Source of the DNA: the human T2T-CHM13v2.0 reference genome, Homo sapiens
Direction: 5' to 3' (one strand)
NCBI RefSeq assembly: GCF_009914755.1
Contig: NC_060937.1
DNA: 64,000 nt
Shown: positions 1-11,520 of the stretch, piece after piece
Numbering within the stretch: position 1 is the stretch's first letter
Layout of the letters: the number at the start of each line of letters is the position of its first letter
Position numbers and translations under genes: made by a program
Notes under the pieces: generated by a model
What the model was told of the DNA's origin: nothing
The model's database searches: none
What the model saw: only the letters and a program-made list of their open reading frames with translations

Positions 1-147
1 TAGGCATATTTTATTTAATTTTAGCAAATACATCAACCTTAGATCATTGAGTGTCAGGGAATACATATTTGGGTTTAGTCAATCGTGATATTCATTGATT
101 GATCAATAAGTATTTTTGTTTGTTAATCTTTAGGTGTTAGTCAAGTG

Positions 148-365
148 ACACAGCCTGGTGGTTAAGGACAGGCTCTAGGGCCAGGTTGCTCGGCTTGGAA
201 AACTATCCCATTCCCTATCAGCTGTGAGACCTTAGGTAGATTATATAACTTTCTTATGTCTCAGTTTTCTTATCTGTAAAATGAGTACCTATTTCGCAGG
301 GTCACTGTGAAGACTAAATGAGCCAATCTGTTCTGTGTCTGGCACATAGAAAGTGCTCAAAATAT
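148..365 (+). mobile_element. MIR SINE
   Basis: MIR core 'gctgtgagaccttaggtagattatataactttcttatgtctcagttttcttatctgtaaaatgag' and 3' end 'tggcacatagaaagtgctcaaaata'. Confidence 0.8.
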
Positions 366-729
366 AATAATTATATTTTGTGTTAGTTTATGGAGTATCT
401 CATTTTTAAAATAAAATTCTTGAGTTAAATTAAATATAAACATGAAGAATATAAATTACTGAGTTTTATTTTGGCTTAAAGTCTCTTTTGTTTAACTTTT
501 TATGTAGTATGTCTGCTTTTTTTCTTAATGGGAAAATATTTTTTGCATAGGTTTGAAAGAAATTACTAAACTATTTTATTATATAGCTTCTTCATCTGAA
601 ACTAGAATATAACACTTATTAAAATATAATTGTTAATTAACTCTTTTGCATACTTAAAAAGCTGTGTTTTTTATATCATTTAAGTATTGTGGGTGATGAA
701 AATAGTAGTAATTAGATAATATTGTTCAC

Positions 730-952
730 TTAGTAAGTGCTGCTCTACCAAGCACATTCTATACATTTTTGGCATTTCATCTATAAAACAGCCCCATTAA
801 GCATAAGAAAGCATTTCTTTCTCTCTCTGTCTTTTAAATGAGATCAGTGAAGCACAGAGTGGTTAGGTAATTTGTCCAAGGTAACACAGCTATAAAATAG
901 TTCAGTGAGAATGCAAACCATATTTATCTGATAATAAAGTCTGAGCTCTTAA
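730..952 (-). mobile_element. MIR SINE
   Basis: Antisense MIR core 'gaagcacagagtggttaggtaatttgtccaaggtaacacagct'. Confidence 0.7.
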
Positions 953-2256
953 TTAATTTGTTTCCTCTAAGCCCAGATTCTGGGCTCCATTTTAATATAT
1001 ATAGATTTTTTTAAAGATAAAATACATAGTAATAAAATTATTTATAAAATATATCCTTTTCTTAATTTAATAACCAGATGACTAGAGGGCTAAAATATGT
1101 TTTGTAAGCATAATTTATTTCTAGTATTTCTAGAAATGGCATTAAATAAAATTACTAGTTCCTCAGTAATGTTTGCTCATTTTCTAAAAAGTTATTTCCT
1201 TTCAGAAACATAAAAAAAAGTAAATGGCAATGCAAAACTCTATTCCTATTTTCTTACTAAGTAAAGGCTTTAGAAAAAATTTCCAACTTTTCTTTGCAAA
1301 CTTTTCACTTCCGCAGTGTTTTCTATCTCAACAACAATGAAGCAACATCCTTGAACCCCTCTGTCACCTCTTCACTGCTATGGATTTGTTTAGAATCGCT
1401 CTCTACCTCTGTCTCTAAGCATACACTGATTAAAATGTTTTAATTAAAAGTATGACTACTATAGAAAAATTATTGAGCAATTCTTCAGGATAAAAATGCT
1501 TAGTGTTGGAAGCCTAATTCTACTGTTCATGTTCATACTGAGCAATATTTTCTAAAAGGTTCACTTCTGTGTTGTGTAATATTGGATGTAGTCCCAACAG
1601 CTAGAAGGTATTGTTTCTAAAACAAGGCCAAGCAAGCATAAAAGTTTGTACGATGATACAGATTTGATTAGCTCTTAAGCAAAACAAGTTCAGCCAGGCT
1701 GGTTTGAGCAGTCATTCTATACTGAATCCTATAACTTTCTACCACTGCCATCCTTCTGAGAAAGAGTGGGCTTTTGTTATATTCTAAAACCATTTTTAAA
1801 AGGAAGGGGTGACGTGGTTCTGTAGGTCATAGTATCTGGCAGCCTGCACTCAGAAAAACTGTAGAGACACTGGGATGGGAGCCAAGTTACTTAGAATTGT
1901 AATACAGCTCATAAGAGATGAAAAGGAATTTCACTAAGGCACCAATATTACCATTTCTGAGGAAGAATGGGGTCCTGTTTCCTAATTGATGAAACACTCC
2001 ACCAAGGAGAAAACGTCACTGCTCCCTTTTGAAAGTCTCTCATTGCCTGGTGCAACATTCCTTCTAGCAGCTGTTGGAAGTGCAAAAACCTGGAAGGACC
2101 ATCTTGGGCCAACCTGGAGAATTAATTAATGTTAACGCCCCTAATCAAGGAGCAGGCTTTCAACAAGCCAGGCATCCATACGACCTACAAAAGTGGCCCA
2201 TTTAAAACCTGCTCCACTTACTCACAAAAGCAGAAGCACATGAAATTAGCTTAGTC

Positions 2257-2415
2257 CAGTGCATCTCAAACTTTAATGGATATATGAATTACCTGGGGGA
2301 TCTTTTTAAAATGCAGATTCTGATTCAGTGGTTCTGCAGTTGAGACCTGAGTTCTGAACTTCTATTAATCGTCTAAGTGATGTGAGGTTGATACCATCTG
2401 TCAATGGACTTAGCC
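2257..2415. mobile_element. MER5A-like hAT-Charlie MITE
   Basis: 'cagtgcatctcaaacttt...gaattacctgggggatctttttaaaatgcagattctgattcagt' matches the MER5A pattern. Confidence 0.75.
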
Positions 2416-3131
2416 CAGCATTGGTCTCTTTCCTTACTATTTTTTAGGCAAGATCACAATTTTGCCACACTGGCCAGATGAAAGCCCACCTTGATTTAAA
2501 GGAAATCATTTATAGCTTGAACTTCTTTCACTAACAGTTCAATTCAAATTCAACAAACATTTACTGAGAACTAACTTCTTTCTTACAGTTCAACTGAATC
2601 TTCCCCGAAACAACTTACAGCTATTTTCCCTGGCTTTCACAAAACAGCTTTGTATTCTTTAATATAACTACCATTGTATTCTATGACAACAACCTTTGTT
2701 TAATTTGTAGTCCTTTTGAGTTTTAGAGTTCTACAGTGCGTAGAAAAGTGGACAAGCTTCCTTCACATTAGACATTTTTTGCTATGTGCAAGAATTACCT
2801 TAAAAACCCGTGAAAGTGAGCTCTGCTTCCAGGATCCCTCAGAAGCAAGTACAGTTTGCAGCAAATTGTACAAATGAATGAAAATAAGATATTTTGGGGG
2901 CTCATTATGCAAGGCAAAGGTTCTCATTCTGGAGGAAGTAAGACAGAATTACTTCGGGAGCCTAATCCAAAAACATACACACTCACCTCTTCTCTCCTTT
3001 CTCGCACCCATCCTTCAACAGATTCTGATGGACAACAGGCTTTTCCTAACATTCATTATCTCTCAATGCACCCCCCCATTGAGAACTATGGGTTTAGAAT
3101 CTAATCACTCAGGCAACATCCTATTGACTTG

Positions 3132-3567
3132 TGTGGCGAGTTGAGGGATGGCCCCCAAAAGACATGTCCACCCAGAACCAGCAAATGTCACTCTTTTCCT
3201 TATGTAGAAAAAGAGTCTTTGGAGATATCACTAAGTTAGGAATTTCAAGATGGAATCATCCTGGATTGTCTGGGTGGGACATAAATCCAATAACAAATAT
3301 CCTTATAAGAGACAGAAAAGGAGACACCCAGACACAGAGGAGAAGGTCATGAGAAGTGCAGCAGAGATTGGAATGATGCAGACACAGCAATGCCACAGCC
3401 ACCAAAAGCTGGAAATACAAGGACGTGTTTCCCCCAGGAGCCTCCAAAGGGAGTGTGGACCTGTTGGCACATTGATGGCAGAAGCCCGGCCTTCAGAGCT
3501 GTGCCAGAATGAGTTTCTGTTGTTTTACACCGGGCAGTTTGTGATATCTTGTTATAATGGTTTCTAT
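3132..3567 (+). mobile_element. MaLR solo LTR, MLT1C-like
   Basis: TGTGG start, 'ggcccccaaaagacatgtcca', 'atcatcctggattgtctgggtggg', 'ccttataagagacagaa', 'tttctgttgtttta...gtttgtgatatcttgtta'. Confidence 0.85.
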
Positions 3568-3579
3568 TAATGTTTAAAT

Positions 3580-3722
3580 TAATTTTATTTATTTTTCACT
3601 ATTATGGGTACATAACACATATATTAGTGGCTTATATGTGATGTTTTGATACAGATATACAATGTGTAATGATCAAATTAGGGTAATTGGGCTATCCTTC
3701 CTCTCAAGCATTTATCATTTCC
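3580..3722 (-). mobile_element. L1MA-type 3' end fragment
   Basis: 'tacaatgtgtaatgatcaaattagggtaattgggctatcc...ctcaagcatttatcatttc' is a typical antisense L1MA 3' UTR. Confidence 0.75.
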
Positions 3723-3750
3723 TTAAGACAGAGCTTTAATTATTATTTTC

Positions 3751-3880
3751 CTTTTTTTTTAAATGAAGCAGGGTCTTACTATGTTGCCCAGGTTGATCTT
3801 GAATGCCTGAGCGCAAGTGAGGCTCCCATCTTGACCTCCCAAAGTGCTGGGATTACAGGTGTGAGCCACTGCACTCGGCC
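3751..3880 (-). mobile_element. Free left Alu monomer (FLAM_C-like)
   Basis: Single Alu arm with T-tail ending '...gtgagccactgcactcggcc', flanked by degenerate TSD taattattatt(t/c)tc at 3737-3750 and 3881-3894. Confidence 0.8.
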
Positions 3881-4139
3881 TAATTATTATTCTCTTTTAG
3901 CCAAGGGATTCTATTCATATAGATCTGGCTTGAGGAGCCTGCAAGTCACCTGGGAACACAATTTCTTTGTACAACACCAGAAAGGCCATTGAACCACTTT
4001 TACTCATCGCTCTCAAGAATTCAGAGGACAGTGGAGTAAACCAAATGCAGATAATTTTGAATGTGATGTTAAGTATTCTTTGTCCTCACACACAAATAAA
4101 AGTGTGAGGACAATTTGGTCAGCTGATACCTTCGTCTGT

Positions 4140-4750
4140 GAGAGAGATGATCAGGAGTGAGTAATGCAGATGGAAAGAATGGATAATGTGAGAGAGATTT
4201 TGGTGGAAAACCAGCAGGAATTAGTGATAGATGCAGCATGGGGGGTACCTTCAGGAAGAGGGAGGTGCTAACAATGACTCCCAGTTCTGTCCTGCCTTAA
4301 GCAATTGTGTAAACAGTCTACCATGCTATTTATTCAGATAAAAAGCAATTGGAGACTAAGAAAAGGAAAAGTTTTATGACTCAGGCTTGAAAAATTCAGA
4401 AATTCAGGTACATTTGCAATATCTATGGAGTGAGATCAACTTGAGAGTTACACAGATGCTCAGAGGAGAGAACTAATGTATATATTGAGAAATTATCAGT
4501 GAGTAGTACTACTTGAACAAAAGGGACAGTAGAATGTTGACATGGAAGAATGCAAAGAATAATAAAAGAAGGCCCAAAATGATCCTGCAGGAGCTGCAAG
4601 TAGAGAAGAATGATGAGCTTTTAAGGATGACTGAAAATGAGCTGCCAGAAAAAAAAAGAAAAACTGGGAAAGACTGTTGTCCTGGAAACAGAATGAAGAT
4701 AATATTTTAGGAAGGAAAATATGGAAAGCAGTGTCCAGTGCTGTTGAGAA
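4140..4750 (-). mobile_element. L2 LINE fragment (resumes ~5973-6080)
   Basis: Purine-rich antisense L2 text such as 'ggaggtgctaacaatgactcccagttct' and 'gtgtccagtgctgttgagaa'. Confidence 0.6.
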
Positions 4751-4779
4751 AAACCAACACCAAACACACAAAACTCAAT

Positions 4780-5600
4780 TTGTACCAAGAAGTATCAAAA
4801 GACTCATGGATGAGATATGTCTGATAGCTCTACAACTGACAGTGAGGGAGTACTTTTAGGGTAGAATAAAGGCATTTTCAGACATTCAGGTTCCCAAAAT
4901 ATCAACCTTCTTTGTAGCTTTTATGCAAGAAGCTGTGATATATCTGTCAAAATGGGAGAGTAAAACAAGGAGAGAGGAAGATATTCAGGATGCAAGAACT
5001 TCAACATTGGACAGAGATAAAGAGACAAGCAGAGGACAGGGATCCAGGATGACAATGGCCTGGCAATGTAGTAGCCAATTCATCCAGACAGGAGCAGATC
5101 ATAGACATCCTGCAGAGACGTCTCCAACAAGACAAAGTAGATAATGTACCAGATGCATCTGAAGAATGAGAAAAATTCAGGCAGCAGTTAAAGAGTTTGG
5201 TGAAATTAATGATGAATACATAGAGAATGAAGCAAACTAAAAATAAGTAGCTATCAGCTCCAGAGAGAAACTATGCAAGAATATTTATCTAATCCAAATC
5301 ATGACATGACTATATTGGGAGAATGCGGGGAGAGAGGGTTGGAAAGTTGTACATGAGAAGAGAAAGTGGAAGATGAAAAAAAGTCAATGAATGACTAAAA
5401 CTGAAAGCTAACAGAAATGAAAAAATATTATTTAGTGACACTGTTGTGGATGCAAAATAACCAGCTAAAAACAATGAAAATGGTTGCCTTTGAGGTGAAG
5501 ATAATGGAGATGGGGGAATGGGTGCTTTGTCTCTCTCTCTAACAAATATTGTAGAATTCTTTGGATCCTTAAGTCCCTTGATTAAAACTGTTTTAAAAAA
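4780..5600 (+). mobile_element. HAL1 (half-L1) 3' portion
   Basis: 'gggtagaataaaggcattttcagacattcagg', 'aaaatgggagagtaaaacaaggagagaggaaga', 'catccagacaggagcag' and 3' end 'aatggttgcctttgagg...ttgtagaattctttg' resemble the HAL1 consensus. Confidence 0.65.
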
Positions 5601-5637
5601 AGGTAGAGAAAGAAATTTTTTAAATGTCTGTTGAGAA

Positions 5638-5972
5638 GTTAGTTAATAGGTATAAAAATACAGTGAGTTATATAGTTAGTTAACAGGTATATATAGTTAC
5701 TTAATAGGTATAAAAATATATCTAGGAAGGAATAAATTCTGCTTTTCAATAGTAGAGTAAGGAAATTATAGCGTAAAATAACTTATTGTATATTTCAAAA
5801 TAGCTAGACGAATTGGAATGTTCCCAACACAAAGAAAAGATAAATATTTGAGGTGATGAATATCACAATTACTCTGAATTGATCATTACACATCATATAC
5901 ATGTATCGAAATATTACATGTGCCTCCCGCAAAACAAGGATAACTATATCAATAAAAAATACAAAATAAAAA
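5638..5972 (+). mobile_element. L1MA-type 3' end
   Basis: 'ttattgtatatttcaaaatagctag', 'ttcccaacacaaagaaaagataaatatttgaggtgatg', 'gatcattacacat', then an A-rich tail. Confidence 0.8.
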
Positions 5973-6223
5973 GACCTGTCCATTGAATTGAAAACAAGTG
6001 ACTTTTCGATGCAATCATTAGATTGCAGTTAAGGCACAGAAGCCTTTTAAAGATGAATGTGGTGGGTAATTTGCTCACAGGATGCCATTTTAAATCTCTC
6101 CCTAGAGAGAGGGAAAACCTTGTTCCTCTAAGTGTGGCCTTAGAGCACTTATCTTAGAATCTACTCAAGTGTTTCTTAATATTTAGCTTCCCGGACTCAA
6201 TACCATTTTTATGAATCAGATTG

Positions 6224-6430
6224 CAGGTTGGTTGAGTATTCTTTATCCCAAATTTTTGGGACCACCAGTGTTTTGGATTGTAGATTTTTTTTTTTCAGAT
6301 TTGGAAATAGTTGCTGATATTAAGCATGCCTTATCTGAATATCTGAAATTAAATTATGTAGGTGCTCAAAAAGTTTCAGTTTCTGGAGAATTTAGGATTT
6401 TGGATTTTCGGATTAGGGATGCTCAACGTG
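6224..6430. mobile_element. Tigger4-like (Zombi/MER46) MITE nested in a MER5-like element (~6165-6505)
   Basis: Terminal inverted repeats 'caggttg(gttg)agtattctttatcc' and 'ttttcggattagggatgctcaacgtg'; flanks give MER5-type ends 'gtgtttcttaa' and 'aaagtttgagaagcac'. Confidence 0.75.
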
Positions 6431-9007
6431 AATTTAGAGCAGACACACTTCAGAGAAACTTTCTGGATAATTCGTTTGCCTATTAAAGTTTGAGAAGCAC
6501 AGCCTTAGGGCAATGATTCTTAACCAAGTGGTCTCATCCAAGTGACTCAAGAGCATTCTAAAGATATCCATCACCTCTCCTGCCACACATAGCAATCCCA
6601 ATGCAGGAGGTTGGTTCCCAATGTAAACGTATTGCCTTGAAAAAGTTCACTGACGCTTCTAATGCTCATTCCTGGATAAGGTCTTCTGCTGAGGAATTCC
6701 AGGGCTGTCAGCCTCTGTCTTTTCACCACATCGTTTTTGGAGACTAGACTGCAAAGAGCTGTGGCCATACCTTTAAAAGTCTGCAGCAGACAATTCTCTT
6801 CTCTGTAGTAAAAAGTCAGTCAGCCTTGTTGTCTCTGATCCTTTACTTATGTACGCAAACTTGTGTCAACTATTTTAACTTATGTTGCTTCATTCAATTA
6901 CTGTCACTTCATTAAGAACCCTAATGTCCACAGATGCCTTTTAAGTTGGATACTATATTTCAGTAAGTGTTGGGACTATGGAAAGAATCATTTTGTAGCT
7001 CTTACATAAAAAAAAAATTAAGATATACATTTACTCCCAATCTGGAATTTGGGATATATTATCATTCTGTAAAAATCAACATCAAAATCTTGTCATTTAA
7101 AAAACTGCCAATTAAATGAAAAATTATTAAAGTATTCTTTCTCATTTTAAGTAATTTAAATATGTCATTGGGCTTCTATAATGAGGCATGTATTATAATG
7201 ATAATGTTATAATATTGTTATAATAAAAATAGTCATCGTGGTATTCATAGATCTCAAATTATCTTACCAAAAATGTAATTTATAGTAGAAATCGTAAGTA
7301 ACTGACATTCCCAGATAATTAATATATTATATTATCTCTAAGACCCCTGTTTCTAATCTAAAGTAATATGGTTCACAAAAACACCCAGTTAACAAACATA
7401 CTGATGAGTGATTAAGAGATCCTCTATTAAATTAGGAGTGCCATTTTAGTAGAAGAGGCTGACTAGCTGGAGAATACTCACCCTCCACTGGGGCATCAAC
7501 CCATAAGGAAGACATCCCCAGGAAGCCCCTTTCATCCACTGAGGCTTATCCCAGAGGATCATTGGTAGTTCAAATATTGTTGTGAGAGGGAGACAGGACA
7601 CAAATCCCATCAGCTAGGATCCACTTACATTATTCAAAGCTTAATATTTATAATAAATTCATAGGGCCCTGAGATTATTGACTTTTGAGGAATAAGATTT
7701 TCATAATTTAAGGAGTCATGCAGGTTTTCTGCATTAAATGTAGCCTTACAAGTGGTTTTACATGAGAAGTTAAAAAGTACCAATTAACAAAGGCAGTAAA
7801 AGACTGACACATCCATATTCTCATAATATATGCCTGGAAGGAGTCATCATATATTAACATTTTAAGGTTAAAAGTAACACTTATAGTTCTAAGCCAAAAC
7901 AAACTTTTCATATTCAGTTTAGATAACAACACACGATCTTTACGTATTATTTTGTATTATAGTTAGGAAATTTGCGAAAAACATACCTTTAATTTCTCCT
8001 TTTCCTGCCACCATGTTAGGGCCTCTGGGTCCATTAACTATGTACCCAGAGCTTCTCTGGACCTTTCCAAACTGGGCATTGGTAGTGTCCCAAAAAGAGT
8101 CATTATGGAAATTGAACTGTTTCCCCTACCCATACAGAGCAGCGCTTGAGAACTTAGAGAAGGCTCCAGATTGTCAAACATAGCTTTTCTTCTGCCAGAC
8201 CTTGTAGTCTATGTTTTTGTCCTGCCCTGTTTCATCAGAGTGTCAGACAGATGCAGAATAGGTGAGAACATAGGTATCTTCCTTGTGTGACTCTCTGTCA
8301 CACACAATCACTTGGGAGACCTGTACAACATGGCCTGACCATTGCCAAGTGACATGAAAATAATCCCTTAATCTATAACTGGTGGGCAGAAACCAGCACT
8401 TGGGGCCCTGCTTTCTCTGTCACTGACTCTGTCAACCCTTGTCCCAACTCTCCCTCAAGGCTACTCCCCTACTTCCTTCAGCCCAAGGGAATAAAAAAGC
8501 TTATATACTACCAAGTACAAAATGAACCCTAAAAGAAACTACCTACCAAATAATCAACGTAGAATATTTGCTCAATGTAGAATGGGTACTCCATATAAAT
8601 TCAGCCCGATCAAAGGATATTTACAAATAGAGTTTATTAAATATAGAATATAATCCTGAATATCAATAATAGAAAATTTTACTTAGATCCTTTTCAAAAT
8701 GTCTCTGCATATAAGCATTTGTCATGAAACATTTTATAAATAAGTTAAATGGCTGAATATATGTACTTTTCATATTCTCATAGCTTTGTAATATTTGATT
8801 ACAATGCTGGATATAAAAGAAATGCATACAAAACGCAATCAGAATCCAGAAGATTGAGTAGTTAAATCTGGATCTGAAGGAAATGCCATTTATGTTAGAG
8901 TTTGAATGATGAATAGAGCATCGAAAGAGGAGGGCTCAGGGTGGGCTGGCTAAGAATTCCAGGTAGAGGGAACAATAAGTGTAAAGGTACACACGGCATA
9001 TTAAGAT

Positions 9008-9670
9008 GGTTTAACTCTGGGTTTTCCCCAAACTAGTTAAGGATTTGCCTGCAGATAGTTTATTTGCAAGGGAATCACATGGAACAGGAGGAGAAGACAA
9101 TGAAGTGTAACAGCAGGAAAGAGGAAACACTAATCCAAAGTTGTATTCCTTGGATGATGAGAAATAACTTAATGGATATGATGTACACTGTTTGGGTGAT
9201 GGATACCGTAAAAGCCTCGACTTGACCACTATGAAATCTATGCATGTAACAAAATTGGGTTTGTACCCATACGTTTATATACATTTAAAAATGAAACAAA
9301 GATATCTTCCTGAGCAAGTTGCCACTGTGAAACTGGGACTTAAGCTCCTGGGAAACCCTCAGAGGAGCATGTCAACTGTGTTTTAGAGTGATCTGCTCAG
9401 GACATGGAACAGGAGTCTATTTGCTGGCTCTGCTTCCAGGGGGTCAAAGGTTTCCCCAGATATGTTAACTCATTTGTGCTTGAAGGTTCCAGCAGGTGTA
9501 GAATGGCTGAGCACATTCCTGCTGGTATGACAAGTGCTGTTGGCAGAGAAGCCCTGGATGGGAGATAAGAAACATATTGTGCAGTAGAGGTGAGATATCA
9601 GAGTACATCTTAGCACAAATGGTTGTTTCAATAAAGGTTGGAGTAAAATGTTAGATCTAAAGTATGTGAG
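9008..9670 (-). mobile_element. ERVL solo LTR, LTR33/LTR16-like
   Basis: 'ctgggttttcccca...aaggatttgcctgcagatagtttatttg' (antisense AATAAA) and 'gagcaagttgccactgtgaaactggg' resemble the LTR33 family. Confidence 0.5.
9153..9297 (+). mobile_element. L1PB4-like 3' end inserted in the LTR
   Basis: 'gggtgatggataccgtaaaagcctcgacttgaccactatgaaatctatgcatgtaacaaaattg...tgtaccc'. Confidence 0.8.
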
Positions 9671-11084
9671 GCTGAGTAGAATATGTGTTGATATATAAGG
9701 TAAGAATCAAGTTGTCTGATGTAACTGAAGGGCATATTGTAGTATAGAGAGAACACTGGGGCACAAAACTTACAGAGAAAATCTTAAAAGTTAGGTTGTG
9801 GCTATATCATGAAGGACAAAATAATGCTTTGTAAAAATGTTGTGGTTCATCCTGTAGTCAATGAAGAATAATCAAAGTTTTTAAGATCATAGAGTAACCC
9901 AATTATATTCATAGTTTAATGAGAGAATTCTGGTGCCAGTAGTTATTTATTTCACAAAGTTATTGAACTTTCCTTTGTACCAAGCACTATGTTAAGTTGT
10001 GGACATACTGCAAAAAACAAAATGAAAAAGGTGATCTTGCCTTCACAAGTCTCTTACAATCTATTGAGGAATATGTCCACAAGCTACTATAATAAATCAA
10101 GGTACGTTTTTGGATGAAGGTATAGGTGATATTGGAGCACAAAACAGGGGTCCTAGGACAAAGGTAGGAGGTTCAGAGAAGGTATTTGAGAACTGACACT
10201 AACCTAATACTGAAATGCAAATGGAAGCTAAATGAGGAAGAAAGGGGAAGAATGGCCCAAACAGAGGGACTGGCATTCCAGATGGAACAGAGGGAAGTAC
10301 GCATATTGCATCCACGGAATCAAAGGGATTCAGTATGGCTGGCAATAATGGACGTGAGTAGGGGTGCTGAGAGATGCCTGGAGAAGTGGAGAAGAACTTG
10401 CCTCTTCAGCAATGTAGAAAATGCAGATTAAAATAGTCAAGAATCACTGAACCAAATGAACAAAAATGTTGTGAAGCACCCTTGTCCTTTAGCACAAATA
10501 AGTTAACTCTTATTTAGATCTAACCTATACTTCCCAAGCCACACTTTCAGCAAATTTACTTTTGGCAGACAGAATGGAGTCTGTCAGCTTTCCCGGTTCA
10601 GAATTCACCACAGCACTCCATGTTGGACACTTACGACACCATCTCACAGCATGCAATGGATCATTGCATCAGACCCTTGAAAATAATGCTGACATTATTA
10701 CTATAATAGCAATAATTAAAACCACTTTGATCTGTCATGCTTTTGTTTCATCCTTCTTTCAAGTCATACAACAAGCAGGCTTTACCTGGCTTGTTTTATG
10801 TTTGTTTCACATTTGACTGTCTTTGCCATGTATCTATGAATAGACTACAGCTGCTCCTCTCTAGGTGATTGTGGATGTTTTGCTGTCTACTCCCACATTT
10901 TTGGAGGGACGATTAAATATGACACACAGCTCTGAGACAGGAAATGCCTGTCTGCTACATTTTGGGAAAATTAGGGATGAACGAAGGGTCATGTGGAATA
11001 ACAGATGATTTGCTTTGCATCACTTGTAGTTTACAAGGGCAAATGCAATGCTCCAGGAATGTGTAAAATGTATATTATGCTAAA

Positions 11085-11520
11085 CTTGAGGTCATCCTCT
11101 CACTTGTCAGAACATAGCTTCTAGTCCTAACTTCCAAAACTTTAGAGGCCTGTGAAATACTTGGACAGGTTCCAAAGGAGAGCAATGAAAGTGATAAAAG
11201 ATTTGAAGGCTAATACCTTTGAGGGAAAGCTAAAAGAACAAGAATTATTTCTCTTCTAAATGAGAAGTCAGAGATAATTTAACAATCTTCAAGTATATGG
11301 AATGTTTTATGTGTAGAGCAATGGTATCCAAATTCAGGTAAGTTTGAGCCATGAGGTCTGGGTACAAAAAAAGCAACCCTGGCAGGGAGGGTTGTTGTGT
11401 GTTGACACCGGGTATTTGACTGCAGAAACCTCTTCTTCGGAGGCCCAGAAGACTAGACATTATCTAGCAGTGAGGTGTCACGTACTGTCTGCATGAACAC
11501 TGGGGTAAAATAAATGACTT
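11085..11520 (+). mobile_element. CR1/L3 LINE fragment (RT C-terminal region)
   Basis: 'ttggacaggttccaaaggagagcaatgaaagtgataaaag...tttgagggaaagctaaaagaac...atcttcaagtatatg' parallels the CR1 LERVQRRATKMI...YEERLKEL...FKY region. Confidence 0.65.

Larger units (their letters stand above)
8830..10400 (-). mobile_element. L2 fragments interrupted by an LTR and an L1
   Basis: 'attccaggtagagggaacaataagtgtaaagg', 'ttcatcctgtagtcaatgaagaa', 'tgtaccaagcactatgttaag', 'gcattccagatggaacag'. Confidence 0.6.
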
